Shown piece by piece: positions 38,322-47,906 of a stretch of DNA of 64,000 bases. The notes under the pieces were generated by a model. That model was not told the DNA's origin, did no database searches, and saw nothing but the letters and a program-made list of their open reading frames with translations. The stretch lies in the NCBI GenBank assembly GCA_015488735.1, contig WFNG01000055.1, positions 6,185 to 70,184 on the forward strand, read 5' to 3'. Within the stretch, counting starts at the first letter, position 1; every line of letters begins with the position of its first letter. The stretch is from Bacteroidales bacterium (GTDB lineage Bacteria > Bacteroidota > Bacteroidia > Bacteroidales > F082). Both the position numbers and the translations under genes were made by a program.

Positions 38322-38326
38322 GGTTT

Positions 38327-38361
38327 GGAATGAATAATGTTGAATGAATAATGTTGAATGA
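38327..38361. repeat. Array of five heptamers (TGAATGA alternating with ATAATGT)
   Basis: ggaatga ataatgt tgaatga ataatgt tgaatga. Confidence 0.85.
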
Positions 38362-38382
38362 AAGGCTCCTGCATAAATTGGC

Positions 38383-38739
38383 TTAAACTTTATTCCTTTG
38401 TGCTGTTTTTCTTGAAGCAATAAAAATTGAAGTTAACTCATGGGCTTCTTTCATTATCGAATTTATTTCTTCCTTTTTAAATAGATTGAATTCTAACGCA
38501 AAATCTAACCAAAACTCCGATTCATCAGCTTCCTCTATTACAATACTTAATTTTGCAATAAAAGCCGCTTTTGATTGGGCCAGTCTGGTTGCACGATAGT
38601 TGGCAGCAACCGAAGTGGAGCACCTGATTAGTTGTCCTTTAATGTGGCGGGAAAGATAAGAATCTTTCAGCTTTTCAGCGATATTTACACAGTTAATTGC
38701 AAATGCTTTTGTCCGGAATACAAGATTTTCCCCACTCAT
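38383..38739 (-). CDS. Four-helix-bundle protein (23S rRNA IVP / Avd-like family)
   Basis: L..RTKAFA, QLIRCSTSVAANYRA, S..AFIAKLSIVIEEADES.FWL, EA.EL..IF.AS. Confidence 0.92.
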   Translation of the reverse strand: MSGENLVFRTKAFAINCVNIAEKLKDSYLSRHIKGQLIRCSTSVAANYRATRLAQSKAAFIAKLSIVIEEADESEFWLDFALEFNLFKKEEINSIMKEAHELTSIFIASRKTAQRNKV

Positions 38740-38793
38740 AATTTTGTCATTTAAGAATTAATAATGATAAAATTATGAAAAATTCTTTATTCG

Positions 38794-38828
38794 ACACTCA
38801 TCATTCATCATTCATCACTCATCATTTA
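38794..38828. repeat. Array of five heptamers (TCATTCA consensus), inverted relative to 38327-38361
   Basis: acactca tcattca tcattca tcactca tcattta. Confidence 0.88.
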
Positions 38829-38833
38829 TTTCG

Positions 38834-39231
38834 TGGAGCTGGAGGGATTCGAACCCTCGTCCAAACATGGAACCAATAAGCCTTCTACATGCTTAGTTTG
38901 TCATTGGTTGTCGGGAAATACACGGGGACAAACACCCAAAATATTTCCTTAGCCTCTTAAATTTCATTTTGGCTGCGAGGCAATGCCAAAACTATTCTGA
39001 AGTTGCTTGCGACTCGTTATCAGGCCGGAATCAGAAATCTCCACCTGCGAGCCGTCTCGTCCCCCGTAACTTCGACGGAAGATAAAGCCAATCTACTAAA
39101 CTTCGATCAGGCTGCGAGAGCGTAATTAGGTTCGCCAAATAAAAAAATGTGTAACGCGGTTTTACGGGTTGTGTTACCTTGCCCGGCATGCTTACCTATC
39201 CATTCAAATGCTGTCAAAACCAGTCAGCCCC
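38834..39231 (-). ncRNA. ssrA: tmRNA; tag peptide (A)GEPNYALAA
   Basis: 5' GGGGCTGACTGGTTTTGAC, 3' GAGGGTTCGAATCCCTCCAGCTCCA; tag ORF ggc gaa cct aat tac gct ctc gca gcc tga at 39136-39107. Confidence 0.95.
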
Positions 39232-39265
39232 TTATGTCAATGAACTTTTTCCCCATTAGGGATGG

Positions 39266-39273
39266 CAAAAGTA
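39266..39273 (-). promoter_or_regulatory. -7 promoter box for ssrA
   Basis: CAAAAGTA on + equals TACTTTTG on -. Confidence 0.6.
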
Positions 39274-39352
39274 AAAAAATTACTGTTCGTCTTCTCTTCT
39301 TTTAGTAACAATATTTATGCCATTCGGGTTTTCGTTTTCTTATAGCCACTAT

Positions 39353-40516
39353 TTACAACATCAACGGCTTCACGAAAGTCTCAATATCTTCTTCCGTGAT
39401 TTCTTTGTCGCAAAGGATGAGCAGGCGTTCCACCACGTTGTGAAGTTCACGGATGTTACCGGTCCACCCGAAAGTTTGCAGCATTTTCAGCGCGTCATCC
39501 GTGATATTTTTGTTTGGCTTTCCCTGCATGGAAGAGAGTTCGTCAATAAAATACTGCACCAGCAAGGGGATATCGTCTAACCGTTCGCGAAGTGGTGGAA
39601 CCTGCATAACGATGACGCTCAGTCGATGGTAGAGGTCTTCGCGGAAGTTGCCCTTTTTGATTTCTTCCGGGAGATTTTTGTTGGAGGCTGCCAGAACACG
39701 CACGTCCACAGGAATTTCCTTTTCACCTCCCACGCGGGTTATCTTGTTTTCCTGCAAGGCTCTTAAAACTTTGGCCTGTGCTGAAAGGCTCATGTCTCCG
39801 ATTTCATCCAGGAAAAGTGTGCCGCCATGGGCCAGTTCGAAATCGCCCCGCCGTTGTTTGATGGCCGAAGTAAAAGAGCCTTTCTCATGTCCGAAAAGCT
39901 GGCTTTCAATAAGTTCTGAAGGAATAGCAGCACAGTTTACTTCGAGGAAAGGAGATTTCTGTCGGGTGCTTTGTTCGTGTATTTGTCGGGCTACGAGCTC
40001 TTTGCCGGTGCCATTTTCCCCGGCTATCAGCACACGTGCACTTGTGGGTGCCACGCGGGCAATCATATCTTTCAGTTGCAGTATGGAGGGTGATTTCCCG
40101 ACTATTTCATACCGTTTCTCTATCTCTTTTTTCAGCGTTTTGGTTTGGTTTACCAGCTCTTTTTTATCAATGGCGTTGCGCAGGGTGATAAGCAAACGGT
40201 TCAGGTCGGGTGGTTTTACGATAAAATCATAAGCTCCTTTTTTTATGGCTTCCACGGCTGTTTCAATGGTACCATGACCGGAAATCATAATCACCGGACA
40301 ATCTGTGAACTTTTGTAGCTCTTCCAAAACTTCCATGCCATCCATTTCGGGCATTTTTATATCGAGCAATATCACATCATAAGCGGTGCCTTTGGCCAGC
40401 TCTAATGCATCCATCCCATTAGCGGCTAAATCTACTTCATATTTTTCAAACTCAAGAATTTCTTTCAGTGTCCTGCGGATACTGCTTTCATCATCGATGA
40501 CCAAAATCTTTGCCAT
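39353..40516 (-). CDS. Sigma-54-type response regulator (NtrC/NtrX-like; receiver plus AAA+)
   Basis: ILVIDDE, LLDIKMP, GENGTGKEL, ESQLFGHEKGSFTSA, LFLDEIG, FREDLYHRL, WTGNIREL; no C-terminal HTH. Confidence 0.9.
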   Translation of the reverse strand: MAKILVIDDESSIRRTLKEILEFEKYEVDLAANGMDALELAKGTAYDVILLDIKMPEMDGMEVLEELQKFTDCPVIMISGHGTIETAVEAIKKGAYDFIVKPPDLNRLLITLRNAIDKKELVNQTKTLKKEIEKRYEIVGKSPSILQLKDMIARVAPTSARVLIAGENGTGKELVARQIHEQSTRQKSPFLEVNCAAIPSELIESQLFGHEKGSFTSAIKQRRGDFELAHGGTLFLDEIGDMSLSAQAKVLRALQENKITRVGGEKEIPVDVRVLAASNKNLPEEIKKGNFREDLYHRLSVIVMQVPPLRERLDDIPLLVQYFIDELSSMQGKPNKNITDDALKMLQTFGWTGNIRELHNVVERLLILCDKEITEEDIETFVKPLML

Positions 40517-40618
40517 GTGGGAATTTTTCTTCAAAATTAAACATTCTTTGGTTTTCATAGTATGCCATTATTGGCTGACTTTGACGATTTTCTTACTTTA
40601 GCAAAAAATAATATCAGG

Positions 40619-41455
40619 ATGGCGAAATATTCATTTAGGAATCAGGTAGTTGTTGTTACGGGGGCTTCCTCCGGTATCGGTAAAGAACTGGCACTACGGC
40701 TGGCCGAATCTGGTGCTTTGCTGGTTCTTGGTGCAAGAAATATGGCAAAACTGGAGGCTGTTGCTAAGACGTGCCGACAAAAAGGAGGGCAGGCAACAGC
40801 TGTTCAAATGGATGTTTCTGACAAAGAAAGCTGCCGGAACTTTATTGAGAAAACGATTGAAAAATTTGAAAAGATCGATATTCTGGTTAACAATGCCGGC
40901 ATTTCCATGTGGTCTTATTTTGAAGCGTTTACTGATCTGACACCTTTTGAGAAGATTATGCAGGTGAATTATTTCGGGAGCTTGTATTGTACCTTTTATG
41001 CTTTGCCTTACCTGAAAAAATCCAAAGGACGTCTGGTGGCTATTTCCAGCCTGACCGGAAAAACGGGTGTCCCGACACGGAGCGGTTACGCTGCCAGCAA
41101 ACATGCTATGGCCGGGTTTTTCGATACATTGCGTATTGAGCTGAAAGATACAGGCGTAAGTGTTACCATGATTTATCCCGGCTTTGTGGCTACAGATGTG
41201 CGGAAACATGCCATAGGCAGTAATGGAAAATCGTTGGAAAAAAGTCCGTTGGACGAAACTGCCACTATGACGGTAGAAAAATGTGTTGATTTGATGATGC
41301 CGGCTATCGCTAAAAGAAAGCGGGAGCTGGTCATGACACTCAAAGGCAGATTGGGACTCTGGCTTAAATTAATTGCTCCGGGACTGGTAGATTCCATTGC
41401 CTTAAAAGCGGTTTCGAAAAAGAAACAGCCCATAAAAAAAGCGGATAAAAAATAA
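40619..41455 (+). CDS. Short-chain dehydrogenase/reductase
   Basis: TGASSGIG, NNAG, SS...YAASK. Start moved to ATG 40619. Confidence 0.92.
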   Translation: MAKYSFRNQVVVVTGASSGIGKELALRLAESGALLVLGARNMAKLEAVAKTCRQKGGQATAVQMDVSDKESCRNFIEKTIEKFEKIDILVNNAGISMWSYFEAFTDLTPFEKIMQVNYFGSLYCTFYALPYLKKSKGRLVAISSLTGKTGVPTRSGYAASKHAMAGFFDTLRIELKDTGVSVTMIYPGFVATDVRKHAIGSNGKSLEKSPLDETATMTVEKCVDLMMPAIAKRKRELVMTLKGRLGLWLKLIAPGLVDSIALKAVSKKKQPIKKADKK

Positions 41456-41467
41456 ATATCCGCTTTT
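41437..41467. terminator. Bidirectional terminator between convergent genes
   Basis: aaaagcggata / tatccgctttt 11-bp stem. Confidence 0.65.
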
Positions 41468-41486
41468 CTCAGGTTGAGATATTATT

Positions 41487-41948
41487 TTATAACTTCATCG
41501 AAACACCAATTGTGGAACTGAAATAGGTTCCTCCGCCGATTTCGACATTTAGTCCCCAAGTTTTGTCCCAATACCAGCGTCCGCCCACGTGAATACCGCT
41601 GCTGAAAGATGTCCACCGGCTGAAATCAATTCCCATGGTAGCTCCGGCATATAAGTCCCACTGACTGGGGATATTTAACAAATGATTAAAATGATAATCT
41701 ACTCTTCCTGAAACGACAAAGCTGAAATTATCATAAAAAACAAAGTTAATCTGTGGGCCTACGGTCCAGTCGGGATGCACGTTGAAGTCTACAAAGGCAT
41801 AAATAGGAAATCCGCCCGAGTAAAATCCACTACCTGCATTCAGCTGCATCTTGCTTTCGTTGAAAATTGCTTTCTGGTTGTTTTGTGCAAACAAATTTCC
41901 GAATATGGTGAATACCATAACTACGGAAAGGAAAAGGAATTTTTTCAT
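41487..41948 (-). CDS. Small outer-membrane beta-barrel protein
   Basis: Signal peptide, DYHFN..L.IP..WDLYAG, VGGRWY motifs typical of Bacteroidota 8-stranded barrels. Confidence 0.75.
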   Translation of the reverse strand: MKKFLFLSVVMVFTIFGNLFAQNNQKAIFNESKMQLNAGSGFYSGGFPIYAFVDFNVHPDWTVGPQINFVFYDNFSFVVSGRVDYHFNHLLNIPSQWDLYAGATMGIDFSRWTSFSSGIHVGGRWYWDKTWGLNVEIGGGTYFSSTIGVSMKL

Positions 41949-42007
41949 AAAATTTTTTAATAAAATAAAGTAATGGGATAATAACGTATCAAAGCGAGGT
42001 CTATTAT

Positions 42008-45000
42008 CTATTTTTTTAAATTTTTAATCCGTTGTTCGTTGTTGTATGCCCAAACAACAGTCAAAATAATGACTCCCAGTGTGTAATAAACAAAATTGGG
42101 AATGGGAACAGGATCTCCTTTGGCATAGGAATGCAATCCGGAAAGATAATAGTTTACACCAAAATAGGTCATAAGAATAGAAAAGAATCCCAAAATGGAG
42201 GCCAGATTAAAAGCAAATTTGGATTTCAATCCCGGAATATAGCGCATGTGCACAACGAAACTGTAAACCAGGACGCTAACCAATGCCCAGGTTTCTTTAG
42301 GATCCCAACTCCAGTACCGGCCCCAGCTTTCGTTTGCCCACACGGCACCAAGGAATGTTCCAATGGCAAGCATGTATAATCCAACAATGAGTGTACGTTC
42401 GTTTATGGAGGTTAATTCTTTAATGTGTTCGTTCATGGTCAGCTGATTTTTAGGCGATTTCATAATTATTAAAATCAGATTGAAAAAGCCAAGCAGTGCT
42501 CCCAATGCCAGAAATCCGTAACTTGCCGTAATTACTGAAACATGAATGGTAAGCCAGTAAGATTTTAATACGGGAACCAAGTTGGTAATTTCCGGATCCA
42601 TCCAGCTCAGATGTGCCACAAACAGAATGATTGAGGCCAGGAAAGTAGTTGCCGCAACTGTCATTTTGGAACGCTTTGCAAAAAGCAATCCGGCCAGCAC
42701 GGTAACCCATCCTATATAAATCATGGATTCGTAACCATCGCTCCATGGCGCATGTCCGGAAATATACCATCGTATTCCCAGCCCGAATGTCTGAATTAGA
42801 AATCCGATAAAAATAATACCCACAAAAATATTTAACGTTATGCGCAGTGCTTTTGTGTCTTTAAAAACAGCAACAAATGTTAAAACAATCATTATCAGAC
42901 CAATCATGCTGTAGGCAATGGCCAGACGAAAGAAAATCATCCATCTGTTATACAAAATTTCTGTATCGATTTTCTTTTGTGAGGGAATGATAGCAGCACC
43001 ATATTTTCGCTGGTATTTAGAGAAATTTGTCAGAAGCTCGTGTGCCAGTTTTGTATTGCCACTGGTCAGCGATTGTAAATATTGTGGAATAACGCTGACC
43101 ACCATAACCGAATCCTGCCTTGATAATGTGGCGGGGTTTGATGCCGGAGAATACCATGCAAGGTTGGGATTCTGCGAGTCGGGAATCATCTTTAAAAATT
43201 TGCCTGTAAAAACCATGTAGGCAATATTCATGCGTTCATCAACTTTCATTACTTCCCTGTCGAACCGGCCTCTTTGTGACGGCTCTTTGGCGTACACTTC
43301 CGAAACATATTTTTGAAGTTTGTATTTGTTGTTTCTCATATCAATAAAATCAAGATATGAAGCGTATTTGCCTTGAATACCAATAATTTTGGCCAGTTTT
43401 TCGCTGGAAACTTTTATCATGGGGACTTGCTGCCAGTATTGGGGGTAGGCCATCATCCCCAACAAAACCTGATCTGCATTTTGACCATGGAAGGTACTTT
43501 TCCAGGTAAGCTTTCGTAAAATTTCACTGGCCAGTGAGTTGATAGGTTTTATTCTGCCATCGTTGGATTGTACCAGAAGGTGTCCGAACTGTGAAGCTTC
43601 GGTTTTGTTTATTTTCGGAATCGCGCTAAAGGGGAGATGGCTGTGTTGTGCGTAACTGGTTGCGGAAAGAGCTGTGGTGAAAAACAGAAGTAAAACTGCT
43701 GTTTTGGCCGTTCCCGAAACTTTTCGTAAATATCTTCCCAATGTTGAAAAATGGCTGTTTTTGTTGATAAGAGAAAGGAACATACCCAGTGCCATAAGCA
43801 GATATCCCGCGTAAGTAAAGAATGTACCCCAGTAATCATGGTTTACAGAAAGAACACTGCCATGTTCATCGCGGTCGTAGGACGACTGGAAAAACCGGTA
43901 CCCACGATAATTTAACACGTGGTTCATATAGATATGATAGGGCATGTCGATATTTTTTTCTTTGTCTATAACAACCACACGACTGGAATAGCTTGATGGG
44001 CTCATGGACCCCGGATAACGTTTTAGCTCAAACTTTTTCAGCTCAATGGAAAAGGGAAGCTTTATTTTTGCCGAACCGTAATCCATTTCCATGTTTATGC
44101 CATTAATGGCGAAATAATTTTTTTCACCTACGTAGCCTTTCCCTCCTTTGAGCATAATCACTTTCGACTGATTTCCTGAAGTTACTTTTACCTCAAGTAC
44201 ATCCATCAAATTGGCATTTTTGTTTTTGTAAGGGACATATTCGATTTTTCCATGGGGATATACTTTTGTGAGTACAATGTTCAGCTTGTTTATGCTGTAT
44301 AGTTTTCCTCTGTCGAGTGGGTGTGACTGATTCGGAATCAGGCTTTCCGCAGGGCCCCCTTGCATAGATGTGGTATGTATCGTATCGTTAGTATTGATAG
44401 TCAGCATATCATTGTTCATTGAAATATTTACAGCCTGGGGATCATAAGCTTTCCCAAATTTAATCAGGTATTTTCCAACTTGTTGTTCATCTCCCTTTTT
44501 TAAAAAGAGATTTGTTCTTCCCATGTCAGATGTTGCAATTACCAAAGTAATTATGGGATTGCCGGTTGTACCTTCAGTAATTATTTCACGGGCGTTGGGA
44601 ATAAATTTAACAGCTTTTAGTTCAATATGTTTTGTGCCAACTTTTATTTTTTGATGATAGGCATCGGGTGTGAGGACGGACAGTAAAACATGTTTTTTTG
44701 TTTTTACAGAAACGTGGTCAGAAAGGGCATTCACTTCAATATAAGCCCGGTCGGAAAGTATGGAATTGGAAATGTCACCATCACGCAAATGCATCATCCC
44801 TTCAAAACTGATGAAGCGGGTGATGGCTGCCCCCAGAAGAATAACCAGAAAGGCCGCATGAAATAAAAATATGGTGAACTTCTCGCGGCGGTACATACGA
44901 TAGCGAATGATATTGGCCACGAGATTGGCCGCCAGCAACGCCAGTAAAATATTAAACCATGTGGCGTTGTATATCACTGCTTTGGCTGCGATAGTGCCAA

Positions 45001-45103
45001 AATCGTTTTCGATAAAAGTGGCAGCACCAATACTAAAGGCAAAAATTAAAATGAGAACTCCCATGCTTTGCATGGAGAAAAACAGGTTGGATATTTTTTT
45101 CAT
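42008..45103 (-). CDS. ccsA: Fused system II cytochrome c biogenesis protein (CcsBA)
   Basis: ResB-like N-half (FHAAF, MNHVL.YRGYRFFQSSYD), IHV, WANESWGRYWSWDPKETW, GLHSY. Confidence 0.9.
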   Translation of the reverse strand: MKKISNLFFSMQSMGVLILIFAFSIGAATFIENDFGTIAAKAVIYNATWFNILLALLAANLVANIIRYRMYRREKFTIFLFHAAFLVILLGAAITRFISFEGMMHLRDGDISNSILSDRAYIEVNALSDHVSVKTKKHVLLSVLTPDAYHQKIKVGTKHIELKAVKFIPNAREIITEGTTGNPIITLVIATSDMGRTNLFLKKGDEQQVGKYLIKFGKAYDPQAVNISMNNDMLTINTNDTIHTTSMQGGPAESLIPNQSHPLDRGKLYSINKLNIVLTKVYPHGKIEYVPYKNKNANLMDVLEVKVTSGNQSKVIMLKGGKGYVGEKNYFAINGINMEMDYGSAKIKLPFSIELKKFELKRYPGSMSPSSYSSRVVVIDKEKNIDMPYHIYMNHVLNYRGYRFFQSSYDRDEHGSVLSVNHDYWGTFFTYAGYLLMALGMFLSLINKNSHFSTLGRYLRKVSGTAKTAVLLLFFTTALSATSYAQHSHLPFSAIPKINKTEASQFGHLLVQSNDGRIKPINSLASEILRKLTWKSTFHGQNADQVLLGMMAYPQYWQQVPMIKVSSEKLAKIIGIQGKYASYLDFIDMRNNKYKLQKYVSEVYAKEPSQRGRFDREVMKVDERMNIAYMVFTGKFLKMIPDSQNPNLAWYSPASNPATLSRQDSVMVVSVIPQYLQSLTSGNTKLAHELLTNFSKYQRKYGAAIIPSQKKIDTEILYNRWMIFFRLAIAYSMIGLIMIVLTFVAVFKDTKALRITLNIFVGIIFIGFLIQTFGLGIRWYISGHAPWSDGYESMIYIGWVTVLAGLLFAKRSKMTVAATTFLASIILFVAHLSWMDPEITNLVPVLKSYWLTIHVSVITASYGFLALGALLGFFNLILIIMKSPKNQLTMNEHIKELTSINERTLIVGLYMLAIGTFLGAVWANESWGRYWSWDPKETWALVSVLVYSFVVHMRYIPGLKSKFAFNLASILGFFSILMTYFGVNYYLSGLHSYAKGDPVPIPNFVYYTLGVIILTVVWAYNNEQRIKNLKK

Positions 45104-45109
45104 TAGCTA

Positions 45110-46189
45110 TTATTCTTTGTCGGTGGTAATGGAAACATCCAGTGCCCCCACTCCGAATTTTATGATGGAGGCCATGGTACCCTCCAGATTTTCATATTCT
45201 TTTAATTCATTGATAATGGCGTTCTTAAGAATGCCATTTCCCACACCATGAATAAAGGTAACTTTGCGATAATTCTCTTTAATGGCACTTTCCAGGGCCT
45301 TACTAAAATGATTCATTTGTAGCTGTAACATATCGCGGCTTTCAAGACCTGCAATATTATCTACAACTTCGCCAATATGTAGATCCACAACTGCTTCACC
45401 GGTTTTGGTCCGAAATTTTTCGATAAAAGGGATTTCTCGTTTAATGGTGGCCTTTATCTTGTCGGGAGGTGTGTCAGATTTTTGTTGTCCTCCATTTTCC
45501 ATGGCATCGCTAAGTGCGGTACGCAAGGCGACGACTGAAATAATTGCTTTTTCATTGGTGAGCGTGTTAGACTGATAACTGCCTTCTTTGAAAAAACGAT
45601 TTGCCCGGATATCGATGACAGAATGAACCGGAAAAAAGACCTTATCCGGATTTGTCTCGTGTATCATAATCTGAATGATACCACGAAGCCACAGGTCAAT
45701 CTCGTCGCGGGTAATGGTGGCAAGAACCGTTTTTGATTCCGGAGGAACAGAGCCGTAGTCTATTCCTTCCAGCTTATTGTTGCGTTCCAGAAAAAGATTA
45801 TAAAGAACATCAAAAGGAGTGTGGTTCACCAGCAGAACATCCAGATTACCTGTGAGTACCCATTGTTGTTCGTGTGGTTCAAAGAGCAGATAAAAGCCTT
45901 CCTCTTCCTTTGTTTGTCCCCATGGATTAATATCGCTGACGTTATTTTCTTCAGGTTCGGATGGTGACTCTGACACAGAGGCTTCTTTTTGTGATGATTT
46001 CTGATAGGAAAAATTAATTTCTTCCGCTTCCTTTTCCCGGTAGTCAGGAATTAAATCTTTACTAAGGACAGGCATTTCAAAACCATCATCGGTTTCTACT
46101 TTTACCAACTTATTGTCTACTATGGCTGTAACAACTCCGCCACCTGTTTCATTCAGGAATTTTACTTTATCTCCAACTTTAAACCGCAT
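45110..46189 (-). CDS. DUF2027 plus Smr-domain protein
   Basis: FKVGDKVKFLNE.GGG, VDLHI, FIHGVGNG.LK. Confidence 0.88.
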   Translation of the reverse strand: MRFKVGDKVKFLNETGGGVVTAIVDNKLVKVETDDGFEMPVLSKDLIPDYREKEAEEINFSYQKSSQKEASVSESPSEPEENNVSDINPWGQTKEEEGFYLLFEPHEQQWVLTGNLDVLLVNHTPFDVLYNLFLERNNKLEGIDYGSVPPESKTVLATITRDEIDLWLRGIIQIMIHETNPDKVFFPVHSVIDIRANRFFKEGSYQSNTLTNEKAIISVVALRTALSDAMENGGQQKSDTPPDKIKATIKREIPFIEKFRTKTGEAVVDLHIGEVVDNIAGLESRDMLQLQMNHFSKALESAIKENYRKVTFIHGVGNGILKNAIINELKEYENLEGTMASIIKFGVGALDVSITTDKE

Positions 46190-46362
46190 TTTCCTTTATA
46201 TTTTGGTGGACAAAGGTAAAAAATAATAATATGGAAGCGAAACTATTTAGAATGTTTCTATAATATTTTTCGTTGAAGCTGTAATTGTAAAAAGCTGGTT
46301 GCAGACAGGGGAAAAACGATGGCTGTTGCCAGAAGGTATTCGGCATGAGAAATAATTATGCT

Positions 46363-46370
46363 TATCTTTG
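46363..46370 (+). promoter_or_regulatory. -7 promoter box
   Basis: TATCTTTG 15 nt before ATG 46386. Confidence 0.55.
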
Positions 46371-46385
46371 ATTTTTAATTGTGTT

Positions 46386-47507
46386 ATGAAAGAGACTATA
46401 AAACTTCCGCTCCTCCTAAGGGCTACAATTGTACTGCTGTTTTTGTGGCTTTCTTATTTTATTTTGACGGAATTTCGTAATTACCTTTATCCCATTACGT
46501 TGGGAGGCCTTTTTGCTTATTTGCTCTATCCCGTTGCCAGTTATCTGGAAAAAAATAAAGTGCCGCGAATCTTTGCCAATATCCTGAGTATTATTTTGGG
46601 GATTGCTGTGGTGGGAGGCGTGGTTTTTTTCATCTATAAACAAATGGGGCTTTTTCTCGAAGATCTCCCTTCCCTGAAAATTACGGCTTCAAAAAATATT
46701 AACTCCATCTTTAAATATTTAACACAGTTAACGGGAGTTGAAACGCCTCAGCTAAAAGATCAGTTTAAAGTTTTTGCCGGAAATTTGCTGAGCTTTAGCG
46801 GAGATAATTTTAAAAACACATTTGGTGCCACTTTCCAAACAGTTTTTACTGTGGGTATTATGCCGGTTTATATCTTTTTTCTTCTTTACTATCGTAACAA
46901 ATTTCACAATTTTATCCTGATGATTGTCCCTGCAAAAAAGCATATTATTGCCAGGAAAATTCTTGATGAAGTGAACCAGCTGGTGGTGCATTACATGACA
47001 GGTGTTTTTATTGTCGTATCCATTTTGGTGGTCTTAAATAGTACGGGATTTTTAATCATTGGAATGAAACATGCTTTATTGCTGGGTGTATTGGCAGCGA
47101 TCATGAATTTTATACCTTATTACGGAACCATTATTGGGTACCTGTTTCCCCTTTTTATAGCTGTTTTTACCATGGGATCGCCCCGGTATGCATTTCTTGT
47201 CATTATTCAGTTTGCCATAGTGCAGTTTACAGAGAATAATATATTGACACCCAATATTGTAGGGGCACATGTAAGTATTAATCCTTTCATGATTATTCTG
47301 GCTATCACTTTTGGTGGTTTTATATGGGGATTGCCGGGTATGTTTATTGCGGTACCTGTGGCGGCTGTATTCCGTGTTTTGGGGGAAAATCTTCCCGAAC
47401 TTGCCCCGGTATCCTATTTGGTTGGATCGGAAGGCATGGAAGAGCATAGCCTTTCCCGTAAAAAGCTAACCGGAATTTTTTCAAAAAAGAACAAAAAATT
47501 AAAATAA
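46386..47507 (+). CDS. AI-2E family transporter
   Basis: LLYPV..YLE, NFIPYYG, ENNILTP.IVG, GG.IWG.PGMFIAVP. Confidence 0.9.
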   Translation: MKETIKLPLLLRATIVLLFLWLSYFILTEFRNYLYPITLGGLFAYLLYPVASYLEKNKVPRIFANILSIILGIAVVGGVVFFIYKQMGLFLEDLPSLKITASKNINSIFKYLTQLTGVETPQLKDQFKVFAGNLLSFSGDNFKNTFGATFQTVFTVGIMPVYIFFLLYYRNKFHNFILMIVPAKKHIIARKILDEVNQLVVHYMTGVFIVVSILVVLNSTGFLIIGMKHALLLGVLAAIMNFIPYYGTIIGYLFPLFIAVFTMGSPRYAFLVIIQFAIVQFTENNILTPNIVGAHVSINPFMIILAITFGGFIWGLPGMFIAVPVAAVFRVLGENLPELAPVSYLVGSEGMEEHSLSRKKLTGIFSKKNKKLK

Positions 47508-47803
47508 TGCTGAAACATATTGTCATGATCAGGTTTAATGCCGGAGCGGATGTGGAACAACTGTCCGGCGAGTTTACGGAAAAGCTGAACGGACTGTTAA
47601 ATACAGTACCCTCCCTAAAATCTATGGAAGTGGGGAAAAACATCAGTGCCAAACCTTCGGCTTATCATTTGGTACTAACGGCCGTTTTTGATAATCAAGC
47701 CGGACTGGATACTTATCGTGTTCATCCCAACCATGTCAAAATCCTTGACCGGATGAAAACGACTGTTGAAAAAGTGGCTGCGGCGGATTATTTCTTTTCG
47801 TAA
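47507..47803 (+). CDS. Dabb (stress-responsive alpha/beta barrel) protein
   Basis: MLKHIVMIRF, L..Y.VHPNH, DY. Confidence 0.85.
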   Translation: MLKHIVMIRFNAGADVEQLSGEFTEKLNGLLNTVPSLKSMEVGKNISAKPSAYHLVLTAVFDNQAGLDTYRVHPNHVKILDRMKTTVEKVAAADYFFS

Positions 47804-47906
47804 TTTACACAGGCTTTACTTCTTAAATTTTGTACTCCGGCCTGAGATGTTCTTCTGTCCGGTCTGAATTTTTTTCTATCTTTACCTTTTTGTTAAATAT
47901 AGGGAA

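Noticed and set aside
38383-38739. Avd-like gene as part of a diversity-generating retroelement
   Set aside because: No reverse transcriptase and no template/variable repeat pair in the window.
38327-38828. Repeat arrays read as CRISPR
   Set aside because: Units are contiguous 7-mers without spacers; no cas genes.
38250-39231. tRNA-Arg/tmRNA (and tRNA-His) as prophage or island attachment sites
   Set aside because: No integrase, and I found no duplicated 3' end of these RNA genes elsewhere in the window.
42008-45103. CcsBA with no CxxCH cytochrome nearby
   Set aside because: Substrates are commonly encoded elsewhere; a 64-kb window cannot show absence.
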